Assembly: GCA_902780865.1 (NCBI GenBank)
Contig: CACZHC010000011.1
Span: 2,898 to 66,897 of the forward strand
Source: an uncultured bacterium
GTDB lineage: Bacteria > Verrucomicrobiota > Kiritimatiellia > RFP12 > UBA1067
Reading direction: 5' to 3'
Length of the DNA stretch: 64,000 nt
Both the position numbers and the translations under genes were made by a program. This document shows positions 1 to 9,702 of the stretch, one piece after another. Position 1 is the first letter of the stretch; each line of letters begins with the position of its first letter. The notes beneath the pieces are model-generated. The model was given only the letters and a program-made list of their open reading frames with translations. It did no database searches and was not told the origin of the DNA.

Positions 1-1873
1 CGAACTCGGCGCTTTCGCCGCGCGCGAGGGCAAGCCGCACGCCGTCGACATGCTTTTCGGGGACATAGTTCACGAGATGCACCGCGACATGGTCCTTGTC
101 GAGGCGACGATACTCCGCGAAGACGTGGGCGGGAAGGCCCTCGAACCGGACTGGCGGCCGCCACCCCGACTTCTCGAGGTCTGCGACAAGCCTCCGTCCT
201 CCGTCCTCTGGCGGATCCACGGTATAGCACCAGTCGAGGTCTGCGCCGGCGATCATGTCGGACGACTCGCGCAGCACGACATTCGGCAACCCGGCCAGCC
301 GGGGAATGAAGCCGTTGACGCGCCGCTGCGCGTTCCACTCGTCGTAGCGGCCTGAGTCGCCGGTGACGACGAGCCGCCCGCCCTTCTTCGCCCATCCCAC
401 AAGGAAATCCATTTGCGCGTCGGAAAGCGAGACGAGACCGGGAACAACAATCAGATCCGTACCATCGGGCACGGCGATGGGCTCGCCGGGATATGCCACG
501 AGATAGCCGTATGGAATGTGGCCGCGCAGGAATATCTCCTCGGCCGCCGCAATGCCCTGGTGCGTTGTCTCGGAGAAAAGCACCTCCCTTTCAGGATAGA
601 AGATGCGCACCGGGTGCATCATAGGCGCCGAAAGCTCGGCTCGATGCGATGCGACAAACTTGTCGAACACGGCGTGCAGGCGCTTGCGTCTCTCGAAGAC
701 TTCCTTGTGCAGGAAACCCGGCTCGGGAGAAGGCGTAAGAATCGTGCGGTCTGTCGGAATGCCGCCGAACACGACATCTTCGACCATCGGCATGAGGAAC
801 TTCGCCTCCCGCTCCGGAATGATCGTGCTGTCTGTGTCGCACAGGGCGACGATGCGCTGTCCGAGGTCCTGCGCGAACTTCAGGTCGCGGACGCGGTTGA
901 AGATGCGCCCGCCCTTCACCTCGGGGAAGTTCGTGTTCTGCATTATTATGAAGTCAAACGGCCTGCACAGCTCCGCCATGTTCTGGGCCAGGTCCAGGAA
1001 CCGCGCCCGGCTGCGGTACGGCGACGGATTGCCGGAGACTATTGCATCGTGCTTTACGGACTTTATATGCGCCCGGAAGCGGGACATCACCCCTGTCATC
1101 GTCTCGCATCTCCAGAGCGCCCAGGCCTGAAAGACCGGATCCTTTGCGTCAAGATGGTGCATCTGGCTGCGGCCCATCCTCGGCAGCAGGGCGGACGAGG
1201 CGTCGGCGAAGCCGAACCTGCGCAAGCGCTCGTCCTCCGGAATCCCCGCAAGCCACTCCCGAAAGGCCTTTTCGCAGCGGGCGCAGTAACACGGATAGTC
1301 GAACACATTGTCGAACATGATGCCGTCGAAGCCGCCGTCCGTGAGTGCGATCGTGCACATGCGCTTGATGTACTCCTCCCACTCGCGGCAGTTTAGGCAT
1401 GGCGCCCAGCGGAAGTACTGTCCGCCCCACAGGTTCTTGTTGCCCTGCCAGTCGACGGTCGCCCAGTCGTCTATCGAGGGGATCTCCCTTCTCATGAACT
1501 CGGGGTACAGCGTGCAGAACTGGACGTATGCGAGGGTCTTCACTCCATGTGCGTGGCAGTTCCTGACGAACTTCTGCACATTCGGGAAGTCGCCCTTTTC
1601 CATTTCCCAGCCCATGCCCTTGTAGAAGCGCGAGTGGAGGAAGTTGAGCCCCACTTCCTCCATCTTCTCTGGCGCGTGCTCGTCGAACCAGTCAAGCCAG
1701 TCCTTCACCCACAGGGCGTTGCCGTCTATGCTGCCGGTGCAGCTCTTGCCGACCCTGCGGTACATCGTGTAGGGCTCGTGCGCACCGAATGTCCAGCGCG
1801 TAGTCAGGGGATCGATCTCCGCCGACGCAATCAGGGCGGGCAAAGCCGCAATTGTCGCCAACATCGCTTTCAT
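1..1873 (-). CDS. secreted glycoside-hydrolase-like protein (GH42-like TIM barrel); C-terminus cut by window edge
   Basis: Absent from the ORF track because it has no stop in the window. ATG at 1873-1871 lies 7 nt after AAGGAG. Hand translation MKAMLATIAALPALIASAEID... (signal peptide) stays open to nt 2. It contains ...DYPCYCARCEKAFREWL..., a Cys cluster like that of GH42-type enzymes. The plus-strand ORFs here are Arg/Ala-rich antisense artefacts. Confidence 0.6.
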   Translation of the reverse strand, partial: MKAMLATIAALPALIASAEIDPLTTRWTFGAHEPYTMYRRVGKSCTGSIDGNALWVKDWLDWFDEHAPEKMEEVGLNFLHSRFYKGMGWEMEKGDFPNVQKFVRNCHAHGVKTLAYVQFCTLYPEFMRREIPSIDDWATVDWQGNKNLWGGQYFRWAPCLNCREWEEYIKRMCTIALTDGGFDGIMFDNVFDYPCYCARCEKAFREWLAGIPEDERLRRFGFADASSALLPRMGRSQMHHLDAKDPVFQAWALWRCETMTGVMSRFRAHIKSVKHDAIVSGNPSPYRSRARFLDLAQNMAELCRPFDFIIMQNTNFPEVKGGRIFNRVRDLKFAQDLGQRIVALCDTDSTIIPEREAKFLMPMVEDVVFGGIPTDRTILTPSPEPGFLHKEVFERRKRLHAVFDKFVASHRAELSAPMMHPVRIFYPEREVLFSETTHQGIAAAEEIFLRGHIPYGYLVAYPGEPIAVPDGTDLIVVPGLVSLSDAQMDFLVGWAKKGGRLVVTGDSGRYDEWNAQRRVNGFIPRLAGLPNVVLRESSDMIAGADLDWCYTVDPPEDGGRRLVADLEKSGWRPPVRFEGLPAHVFAEYRRLDKDHVAVHLVNYVPEKHVDGVRLALARGESAEF

Positions 1874-1907
1874 AGTTCCACTCCTTGGTTTTCCGAATGA
1901 CATGGCA

Positions 1908-3680
1908 TCATGGGCTGGATTTGCCGGCGCCAGTTATCCTGACTCCGGGCGGAGCGTCGATCTTCGTGTCGATCGATCCGTCCGGACGTCTCTCGTGGCG
2001 AACCCGCACGACGCCCCGCGCCGTCGGGAGCGCGCCCTCAGCCCATGCGAGGTCTCCCAGGAACGGCTTCACGCGCACCGTCATGCCGCCGTCGTCCGTA
2101 GCCTCAAGCCCGAGCACATGCGCGATGCACCACGCCGCAGGGCCCGCGCTCCATCCATGGCAGAGGGAATGGCGGTAGCCGGGATAGCAGAACTCGCCGA
2201 AATCGCCGTGGATGTCCTTCTTCCCGCTGACCGGCATTTCGTCGAGGCGCGAGGCGTTGTTGGTCCACGAAAGGCTGAAGTCCTCCCAGAAGCTTGTCGC
2301 TCCCATGTCGAGCATCCCGCCCCAGTAGTCGCGCACCGTGTCCATTGCGCGCTGGTTCTCGCCCGCTGCGCTCATCGCCTCCAGCATGTAGTAGCCGTAG
2401 AAGGTCGAGACCCCTTCGTTGCCGTTCTTTCCGATGACGTCGCGGAACATCTCCTTCGCGTCTGAAAGGCCGCCGAGCGCAAGAAGCGCGGCAGCGGACT
2501 TCGCCCCCGCGGGATCGGGCCGTTCCGCACGCACCTTCGCGGCCTCGTCGCGGCATTTCGCGGCGAGCGCAGCATCGCCCGCCACATCCATCAGCTCCGC
2601 GGCGTCGTCAAGCGCGAGCGCGAGAAGTCCGCGCGTGCCGGCGTGGACGGCGGGCTTGTTGTGCTGCGTGGGCCAGTCGAGAAACACATTGGAGTGCGGG
2701 CCGTCGCCGTACGCGGCGGATTCGCCGCGGACGTTCTCCAGCACGTGCGCGACGGTCGCCTTCAGGTATTCGCCGCGCGCGCGCACCCACGCGGCGTCGC
2801 CGGTGTAGCGATGCCATTCGCGCACGACGCGGAGGAACCAGAGCGTATAGTTCGGCATGTTGTTCATCCAGCCGTCGGGCGGAGTCGTGGCGATTGCGTA
2901 GTCGATGGAATCGGAAAGGACTTCCGCCGCGCCGAAGACGGACAGTATCGCGCACGCCTCGGGATGCATGTCGCCGAGCCAGACGAGCCGGTCGCGCTTG
3001 ATGCCGTCCCAGAGATAATCCTGGCAGCAGAGATGGACGGTGCGCACAGCCGTGTCGAATATGCGGTTCAGGCGCTCGTCCGAACACCTGAATTCGCCGA
3101 GGCGCGGCATCGGCCGCATAAGCGAAACGGCGCGTACGCACTCGAGGTTGACTTTGCCCGCGGTGACGAGGTCAAGCCGCACGAAGCGAAAGCCAGTGTT
3201 GCCAATTTCGACAATGCCCATGAACGGTATGTCGTGCACGCCGTCGCGTATCGCGTGGTCGTTGCTGGCCGACTTCGTACCGATGTCCGACATAACCTCG
3301 CCAACGCTCTCCCCGAAGCGGACGCGCATCTTCATGCCGCGCTGGCACATGCTCCCGATCTGGAGCCCGCCGTGCAGTTCGCGCCCGAAATCCAGGATCA
3401 CCGAAGCCGGCTCGCCGTTGTTATCCATCGCGCAGCCGCAGACGCCCCTCCAGCGCTCTTCGGGAATCTGTCCGTGGCGCGGCAGCAGCAGGCTCTCGGC
3501 GTTTTTCACGACCGACCTGTTGCCGTAAACGGCGTCGCCGGACGTCCACACCACCCGCGCAGGCGGCAGAAACGTGCGCGTGCGCGGATCGGCACGGCCC
3601 TGCTCCAGCGCATATAGCCCGAAGGCAGAGGATGATGCGGCCAACGCCACAAGGACGCGCAGTATGCTGTTCGATTTCAT
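1908..3680 (-). CDS. GH78-like (alpha-L-rhamnosidase-type six-hairpin) glycoside hydrolase, secreted
   Basis: 590-aa ORF with signal peptide MKSNSILRVLVALAASSSAFG. DGIKRDRLVWLGDMHPE resembles the RDERLGWTGD region of GH78 enzymes. The start lies 15 nt downstream of the stop of the preceding gene. Confidence 0.6.
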   Translation of the reverse strand: MKSNSILRVLVALAASSSAFGLYALEQGRADPRTRTFLPPARVVWTSGDAVYGNRSVVKNAESLLLPRHGQIPEERWRGVCGCAMDNNGEPASVILDFGRELHGGLQIGSMCQRGMKMRVRFGESVGEVMSDIGTKSASNDHAIRDGVHDIPFMGIVEIGNTGFRFVRLDLVTAGKVNLECVRAVSLMRPMPRLGEFRCSDERLNRIFDTAVRTVHLCCQDYLWDGIKRDRLVWLGDMHPEACAILSVFGAAEVLSDSIDYAIATTPPDGWMNNMPNYTLWFLRVVREWHRYTGDAAWVRARGEYLKATVAHVLENVRGESAAYGDGPHSNVFLDWPTQHNKPAVHAGTRGLLALALDDAAELMDVAGDAALAAKCRDEAAKVRAERPDPAGAKSAAALLALGGLSDAKEMFRDVIGKNGNEGVSTFYGYYMLEAMSAAGENQRAMDTVRDYWGGMLDMGATSFWEDFSLSWTNNASRLDEMPVSGKKDIHGDFGEFCYPGYRHSLCHGWSAGPAAWCIAHVLGLEATDDGGMTVRVKPFLGDLAWAEGALPTARGVVRVRHERRPDGSIDTKIDAPPGVRITGAGKSSP

Positions 3681-3695
3681 GGTTCCTCCGTCATG

Positions 3696-6600
3696 TCACA
3701 GCCCGTTGTCGGACGAGGACGGCGCGCGGTCTGCTGCCGGCGCATCGCCAAGCGAAAATCCCGAGAGGGCGAGGACAAAGCCGTCTGCAGGGATGCCAAG
3801 CGCGCCGCCGCGCCATTCGCCGCAATCAGAGAGCTTCGCGTGTTCGGCATCGACGCGATACAGTCTGAAGACGCCTCCACCAACATCAAGCGCCGCCGAC
3901 GCGTTCTCCTTCCCGACGTTGGACACAATGAACGCGCGGCGCGAACCATTCTTCGCGGCCGCGGCATAGATGTCCTTTGCGCCGCACTTCACTTCGGCCG
4001 CCGTGCCAAGCTTCGCAAGTTCGTTCCACGCGCGGAACGCCTCGTAGCATGGCGTGGTGCGATGCCCAGGGAAGGTAAAGAGCCCGCAATAGACGCGCGT
4101 GGGGCACGCATCGTAGTACATCGCCTTGTCTATTGACGAATCCTGCATAACGCAGAACGCCGCGGCCACGTTCGCCGCACCGACGTGCGTCTTGCACATC
4201 TCGAACTGGTCTTTCCTGTCGCCGCGGAAGACGTTCCATTCGTTGAAGATGTTTTCCGTCCCCTTCAGCCCGGCCGCATCGAGCGTCCTGCGCACATACG
4301 CCGCATGCGTCGCGATCCGGTCAACCGGCCAGTCCTGGGAAACGTAGAGATGCCACGAGAAGAAATCGAGCGGCGCCTTCGTATCGGGCGCATTAACGTA
4401 GCGGCAGAAATCCTCGAACCAGGTCACGAAGCTCCTGTAGAACGCGCTCTCCTCGCGCCGCTTGGCGTCGTCGACCGTGTAGAATCCGCACCCTGCGTAG
4501 CCGCCGACCTTTATCTGCGGGAACGTCGCCTTGAGGTGGTTCGCCGCCACGCGGTAGAGCTCGAAGAACTGCTCCTTCGTCCCCTGCCACATCGCCGGAT
4601 TCTCCGGCTCGTTCCATATCTCCCAGTACTCTATGTTCCAGCGGAAGCCGTCCGCCCAGCCTTCGTTGTAGTGGCGCACGACGTGTTCGCATATACGCGC
4701 CCACTTGGCGTAGTCCTTCGGCGGATAGATGTTGTATGCCTTGACCCTCCAGTTGTTCTCGATCGTGACGCCGAGGCGATAGAAGAGCTTGCACCCGGCC
4801 GCGACAATCGGCTTCAGGTACGCATCGGTGTAGGCGAAGTCGTAGTTCGCGGGATCCGTCTCGTCCGCGTCGAAGTCGGGAAACACGTTCGGGATGTCGA
4901 CGTAGTGCGTGCCGCCGAAGGAGTAGGCGGTGTCGTGAGTGCGCACGAACGGTATGCCGGCGGACTTGAATTCGTCCTGGCCCTGTTTCCCGTTCACGCG
5001 GACAGGCGCGTTGTTCACGCCGTGGAGCGGCTTTACCTCCCCGCGTTCGGAATCGAAGTCGATCTTGATGCCGGCACCGGGCTTTGCGAAGCGTACAATC
5101 GGAACGGACGCGGCGCTTCCGGAAAGAAACGCCTCCGTGGCTATGCCGATTGCGGTCTCCCTCCTGTCGCTATCGCTGTCGTTGACGACAAGATTGAAGC
5201 GCACTCCGTCTTCAAGCGTCTTCGCGGTGAATCCCGAAGCGGCATCGTACGGAACAAGCGCATCGTAGCGCGTCAGCGTACCAACGCGTTCCGCAGGCGC
5301 AAAGCAGAAGCGACGCTGCCCGTTGCCGCTCTGATCTGCAATGGAGACTTCGACGCAGTCGCCTTCGTTCCGCGCGGCGCTCGCCGGCGGCTCGCGGTGT
5401 TCGTCGTCTTCAACATCGACGCGGATGCGTAGTCCGCGCTCGTCCTTAGACAGCCAGACTTTCGCCGAATTGTCCTTCGGGCCCCGCCAAAGCCGTTCCG
5501 TCTCCGTGGGATTCGCCTCGAAGAAGTCGTGCACCTGCTGCGGCGCTTCGAGGACGAAGTCCGGCGCACGATCGGGAGAGTCCGGCGTGATTTCGACTGT
5601 ACGCGTGCCTTCGCCTTCGCTTTTGACGCAGAAGGCCGCATCGTCGACGGACGCAAACGTGGCGCCTTCCAACACCAGCGCGGAAGGCACGGACGCGATC
5701 GTCAGCCGAGCTCTCCCGCCCCCCAGGGGCACGGCGGTCCTGTTGCCCATGAGGTCGACGCGATAGGCGCGTTTTGCGTCCGTCTCCACCGGAACCTTGA
5801 CGTCGGCCAGCCCAGATTCATCCCATGACGCAAGAACCAGGTCGCCCCCCCTCCTGAACTCGAACACGAAGCGGGAATCGGTGTCGAGAATCGCACGGCG
5901 GAATTCGCCGCCGCCGAACGTGGACGCGAGCGCGGCGAAGGCAACGTAGGAATCGCGCGGGAAGAAGTCCGCCGTGACAAGACCGTAGCAATGTTCCGAG
6001 TTCTTGGGGTCCCACCCTGTCGCACGAAGGTTGTACCATACGTAGTCGACGCTTCCATGCGCCCAGGCCCAGAGGATTTTCTTCCACACGGCTATGGCGG
6101 CGTCGCGTTCGCTCCACAAGCTCGTGAGGGCAGACTCGTTCGAGAACCAGGGTTTGCCGGACGCTCCGGTGCGCTCGCGAAGCGGGAAAAGCTTCCGCGA
6201 TATCGAGTTCACGTATCGCGGGAACGGACCGTGGCTGTGAATCGTATCGACGTCGAAATAGTCCTTGGCGTTCTTCAGGAAATGTTCGTGTATCCTGGTG
6301 CGTCCCTTCCCGTCTATGCTCGGGATGTCTCCCGCGGCGGCCCAGCCGTTCGGTATCACGCAGACGTCGGGGCATCCTTTCTTCAGCCCCAAGTACGCCT
6401 CGCGTTGCACGGCCACCGCCTCGTCGTATGTCCCGCCGAAGCGGAGGTCCCATTCGTTGCCGATCTCGTAGTAGTCGATCCGCGTGCCGTACCGCGCGGC
6501 GAGACGTTCGCAGAACGCGCCGAAGGTCCCGGCAACGGGAGGCCGCACGGCGTGCGCAGGCAGGGTGGTGTCGGCAGGCGGCGGAGTCATCGCCCACCGC

Positions 6601-7679
6601 GGCGTCTTAAAGATTATCGCGTCAAGCGAAAGTCCGTTGTCATCGAGTTCCTTCAAAAGCTCGTCCGTCCGCGCGAACTCCCAGCTGTCCGGACCCGCTG
6701 GCTGGATGCTCGCCATGTTCGCGAAGTCCGCGCGCGTGAGCTTCGCGCCGCAGGCGACGATTGCCGACGCGGCGAGGCCTCGGTCGCCGTCAGTGTACCG
6801 AGGGAAGTGCCAGTGGACGCCGAGGCGGAATGTCCCGCGCGGCTGTTTCGGCGTGACGCCGTGGTAGTCCATGACGGCGAAGCGAGTGTCGACGGACGCT
6901 ACGCTGCCGTCGTCCGCGGCAAGTTCGCCGCGGATTCTCCACACGCCTTTGGAATCGCCCACCTGCACGGGAATCCTGATTGCCTCGCCAGCGCCGAGTG
7001 CAATGTCCACCGGCAAATCGAGCACTTCGCCGCTGAACCCTTCCACTTTCAAAGTTCCGCGTGCGGCGATTCTTTCCTGCGCAGCGTTATGTATTGCGAG
7101 CACAGGCGTTTCGCCCCGCCCTTCCCGGACGATATGCAGGGGATTTCCCGTCTCCGCCTCGACGCGCAGCGCCTCGGCTTTCGTCGTCTTGAACACGCCG
7201 CGCAACGACGAGAAAACGGCTTTCCATGAGGTTCCGTCTTCCTGCTCGCGCCTGATGGAGAGCGAAGCGATTTGGTATTTCTTCGCGGCATCCAGCCCCG
7301 TTTTGAACTTAGTCTCGCTGGAAACAGGCGCAGTGAACTTCATCGGCTCTGCGCCCTTCTTGGACGGAAATTCGAAGATTGACAGTTCCGCAGTCGCCTT
7401 GTTCTGCATGTCAGACTTCATGCTGAGGACGATTTCGTCCGCGCCGCGAAACGGCTCCATGCCCGGATAGCGGTCGTACTTGATGGTTAAGTCAGAGCAT
7501 CCGGAGGCAACCACCTCAAAGCCCAAGTCAGTCCACTTTCCGCGCACCCCACTCTCCGCGCGCCACGCATCGACACCTCTTCTAAACGCGGGGATTCCCT
7601 CCTCGAAGGAAATCCCCGCGATGACAGTGCCGCAGGATACGGCCATCGCGAATGCTGCAGCTAAAACACGGATCATCAT
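3696..7679 (-). CDS. large secreted protein with two clan GH-A type catalytic modules (C-terminal module GH39-like)
   Basis: 1327-aa ORF with a signal peptide. It carries two NE(P/W) acid/base-type signatures: ...RIDYYEIGNEWDL... in the first half and ...NIEYWEIWNEPENPAMW... in the C-terminal ~430 aa. Confidence 0.6.
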   Translation of the reverse strand: MMIRVLAAAFAMAVSCGTVIAGISFEEGIPAFRRGVDAWRAESGVRGKWTDLGFEVVASGCSDLTIKYDRYPGMEPFRGADEIVLSMKSDMQNKATAELSIFEFPSKKGAEPMKFTAPVSSETKFKTGLDAAKKYQIASLSIRREQEDGTSWKAVFSSLRGVFKTTKAEALRVEAETGNPLHIVREGRGETPVLAIHNAAQERIAARGTLKVEGFSGEVLDLPVDIALGAGEAIRIPVQVGDSKGVWRIRGELAADDGSVASVDTRFAVMDYHGVTPKQPRGTFRLGVHWHFPRYTDGDRGLAASAIVACGAKLTRADFANMASIQPAGPDSWEFARTDELLKELDDNGLSLDAIIFKTPRWAMTPPPADTTLPAHAVRPPVAGTFGAFCERLAARYGTRIDYYEIGNEWDLRFGGTYDEAVAVQREAYLGLKKGCPDVCVIPNGWAAAGDIPSIDGKGRTRIHEHFLKNAKDYFDVDTIHSHGPFPRYVNSISRKLFPLRERTGASGKPWFSNESALTSLWSERDAAIAVWKKILWAWAHGSVDYVWYNLRATGWDPKNSEHCYGLVTADFFPRDSYVAFAALASTFGGGEFRRAILDTDSRFVFEFRRGGDLVLASWDESGLADVKVPVETDAKRAYRVDLMGNRTAVPLGGGRARLTIASVPSALVLEGATFASVDDAAFCVKSEGEGTRTVEITPDSPDRAPDFVLEAPQQVHDFFEANPTETERLWRGPKDNSAKVWLSKDERGLRIRVDVEDDEHREPPASAARNEGDCVEVSIADQSGNGQRRFCFAPAERVGTLTRYDALVPYDAASGFTAKTLEDGVRFNLVVNDSDSDRRETAIGIATEAFLSGSAASVPIVRFAKPGAGIKIDFDSERGEVKPLHGVNNAPVRVNGKQGQDEFKSAGIPFVRTHDTAYSFGGTHYVDIPNVFPDFDADETDPANYDFAYTDAYLKPIVAAGCKLFYRLGVTIENNWRVKAYNIYPPKDYAKWARICEHVVRHYNEGWADGFRWNIEYWEIWNEPENPAMWQGTKEQFFELYRVAANHLKATFPQIKVGGYAGCGFYTVDDAKRREESAFYRSFVTWFEDFCRYVNAPDTKAPLDFFSWHLYVSQDWPVDRIATHAAYVRRTLDAAGLKGTENIFNEWNVFRGDRKDQFEMCKTHVGAANVAAAFCVMQDSSIDKAMYYDACPTRVYCGLFTFPGHRTTPCYEAFRAWNELAKLGTAAEVKCGAKDIYAAAAKNGSRRAFIVSNVGKENASAALDVGGGVFRLYRVDAEHAKLSDCGEWRGGALGIPADGFVLALSGFSLGDAPAADRAPSSSDNGL

Positions 7680-7682
7680 GCG

Positions 7683-9551
7683 CTACCTGATAAAGACCGA
7701 CAATCCCGGAAATGGCGGAAAACTGAACGCTGACGGCAGAACCGTCTCAAAGCGGAAGTAGCCGAAGCGCCAGTAGCAAGAGGGGTATGGCAATGGCGCA
7801 ATGAATTCAAAGTCGTTCCACCCGCCTTGCAATTCACCCGGCTGAAAATCAAGTTTGTGTTGCTGCCAACCATCAGCGACTCTGAGTTTGCTCTTGCTTA
7901 CCTCATTGATGTAAATAGTAAAGGACTCCGTGCCGATTGCGTCACAGCACTGTGTAGCCGTCTTCATAACGAACGAGGCCCTGTCGGACACATCGGGATC
8001 GACCCAGACGCGGAAGTGAAGGTTGGTGATGCCCGTAGATGGCCTGAGCTCCTGTGGCCAGTGCTGAGTATTTGGATCCGCCGCAGACGGAACCCCGGTT
8101 TTAATACGTTCCGGATCGACCCTTCCATCGTCCTCGCTGCTTGCGGTCATCTTTCCCACGCCGAGCGAGCCACCAAGCTCCATTGCGTCTATTTTGAATA
8201 CGTCTCCACCACCATTCTTACGTTCAATGACAAGCGTATTCTCGCCCGCGGAGATAAGTTCTTTAGGCACAGGCCAAAATGCGCAACCGTCTTTCGCCAT
8301 GCGCATTTCCCCTAGAGACTGATCGTTCAATCTGGGCTCGATCGTGGCTGTCGCCGAATCCGGCAGCGATTTGATGGTGAGTATCTGCGCAAGGTTGGCT
8401 TCGTCACGCAAGGCGGTGAAGTTTACCGTCCAAGTGTCGCCGACTTTCATCGTGTTGGCAATGTCCTGCCACGAGCCAAGCCCGTCGATCTCCTGCGACG
8501 AACCCGACCGCGTACCGCCGAATTCGTGCGAGCTTCCATTGTCGAAACCAATCCTGAAAATTGCCGGTCGCGGCATACCGAACGCTTCCATGACCTCCTG
8601 GTCGCTAAGCGCCCTGCCCCATATAGCCAACTGCTGGACACTGCCGATGAAACACGTCTGGTCGGCGGCATTTGCCTCTTTAGGAGCCGTCTGCCCGTTA
8701 AAACAAAACATCCTGTAGCCATCAGAGAGCAACGGGCAGTTGTCCGTCCACATGTCTGTTTCAGCAAAAGCGATGGTGGGGTTGTCGCCATGATTTGCGG
8801 ACGATTCTGGCGTGGCAATGCCAACGCGCAGCTTGCCATTCCCCACCACCACTGCTAAGTCTACCCATGTATTCGTCGGAATCCGGATGGGGAAATTAAA
8901 GCTTGCATCGTCGCTCCCGCTGTTAGGCGTGCATTTTCCCTTTATGTATCTGGATCCAATATCGGTTATGCCCGAGCTTGCAGGAGATTTCGCGAGAGAA
9001 AGATACATTCCCTGTTTTGCCGATGCACTGTACCCTATCTTAAATAGGCACTCATCACGGTCAAGCCCGTCCTCATCCAGCTTTACCCTGCTGACGATCG
9101 TATATTTGTTGGATATGTTGTTGTCCGCAAAGACGCTATGAGGATTGACCACGAACGGAAGATAATAGTTTTTAGTACTGCCAGATGGTTTCACGGCCAC
9201 ATTGGAAATGCGCAGAACCCGCATGTTTTTAACTACGCCTTTCCCCAACGCCGGAAAAACAACCGGCTCGCTCCGAATAACGGCGTTTGCCCTAAACCCA
9301 GCGGAATCTCCCGTGTAGTACGATGTCGACATGGACATCTTGTGGTTGGCATGCGTTGGATCGTCTGCATGGAGGTCGTCGAAGAACTCGCCCTGCCGAA
9401 TGTAGCCGTCACTGTTCAAATCCTTGCCGCCGCGGAACCAGAACACGGCGTCGTTGAATACGTTTGTCGATCCGTGCGCCGCGAACGCGAGACACGCGAC
9501 AAAAAACCCACTCAGCGCCCTTGAGCACTTGCGCATTGCCATCGGATTCAT
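7683..9551 (-). CDS. secreted LamG/concanavalin-A-like lectin domain protein with C-terminal ...GLSVFIR tail
   Basis: ORF track gives 7683..9593. I prefer the internal ATG at 9551 (MNPMAMRKCSRALSGFFVACLAFAAHG) because it follows GAAAGGGGTAAG. ...QLAIWGRALSDQEVMEAFG... is a typical LamG (Laminin_G_3) signature. Only 3 nt separate its stop from the next gene start. Confidence 0.6.
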   Translation of the reverse strand: MNPMAMRKCSRALSGFFVACLAFAAHGSTNVFNDAVFWFRGGKDLNSDGYIRQGEFFDDLHADDPTHANHKMSMSTSYYTGDSAGFRANAVIRSEPVVFPALGKGVVKNMRVLRISNVAVKPSGSTKNYYLPFVVNPHSVFADNNISNKYTIVSRVKLDEDGLDRDECLFKIGYSASAKQGMYLSLAKSPASSGITDIGSRYIKGKCTPNSGSDDASFNFPIRIPTNTWVDLAVVVGNGKLRVGIATPESSANHGDNPTIAFAETDMWTDNCPLLSDGYRMFCFNGQTAPKEANAADQTCFIGSVQQLAIWGRALSDQEVMEAFGMPRPAIFRIGFDNGSSHEFGGTRSGSSQEIDGLGSWQDIANTMKVGDTWTVNFTALRDEANLAQILTIKSLPDSATATIEPRLNDQSLGEMRMAKDGCAFWPVPKELISAGENTLVIERKNGGGDVFKIDAMELGGSLGVGKMTASSEDDGRVDPERIKTGVPSAADPNTQHWPQELRPSTGITNLHFRVWVDPDVSDRASFVMKTATQCCDAIGTESFTIYINEVSKSKLRVADGWQQHKLDFQPGELQGGWNDFEFIAPLPYPSCYWRFGYFRFETVLPSAFSFPPFPGLSVFIR

Positions 9552-9619
9552 CTTACCCCTTTCCCCCTTTCGGAGTTGTTTGACAGAAGGCATAACCCCC
9601 AGTCTGTTTTACCTTGAAT

Positions 9620-9648
9620 AAAATACCACATAGCACGTTGAAAGTCAA
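9620..9648 (-). promoter_or_regulatory. sigma70-like promoter for the LamG/GH operon
   Basis: On the minus strand: TTGACT (9648-9643), a 17-nt spacer, then TATTTT (9625-9620). Confidence 0.45.
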
Positions 9649-9702
9649 TGGGCGCATCACCCAGGAACGCCTCGCCGAAAATATGTCTGCGCTTCGCTTT
9701 CA

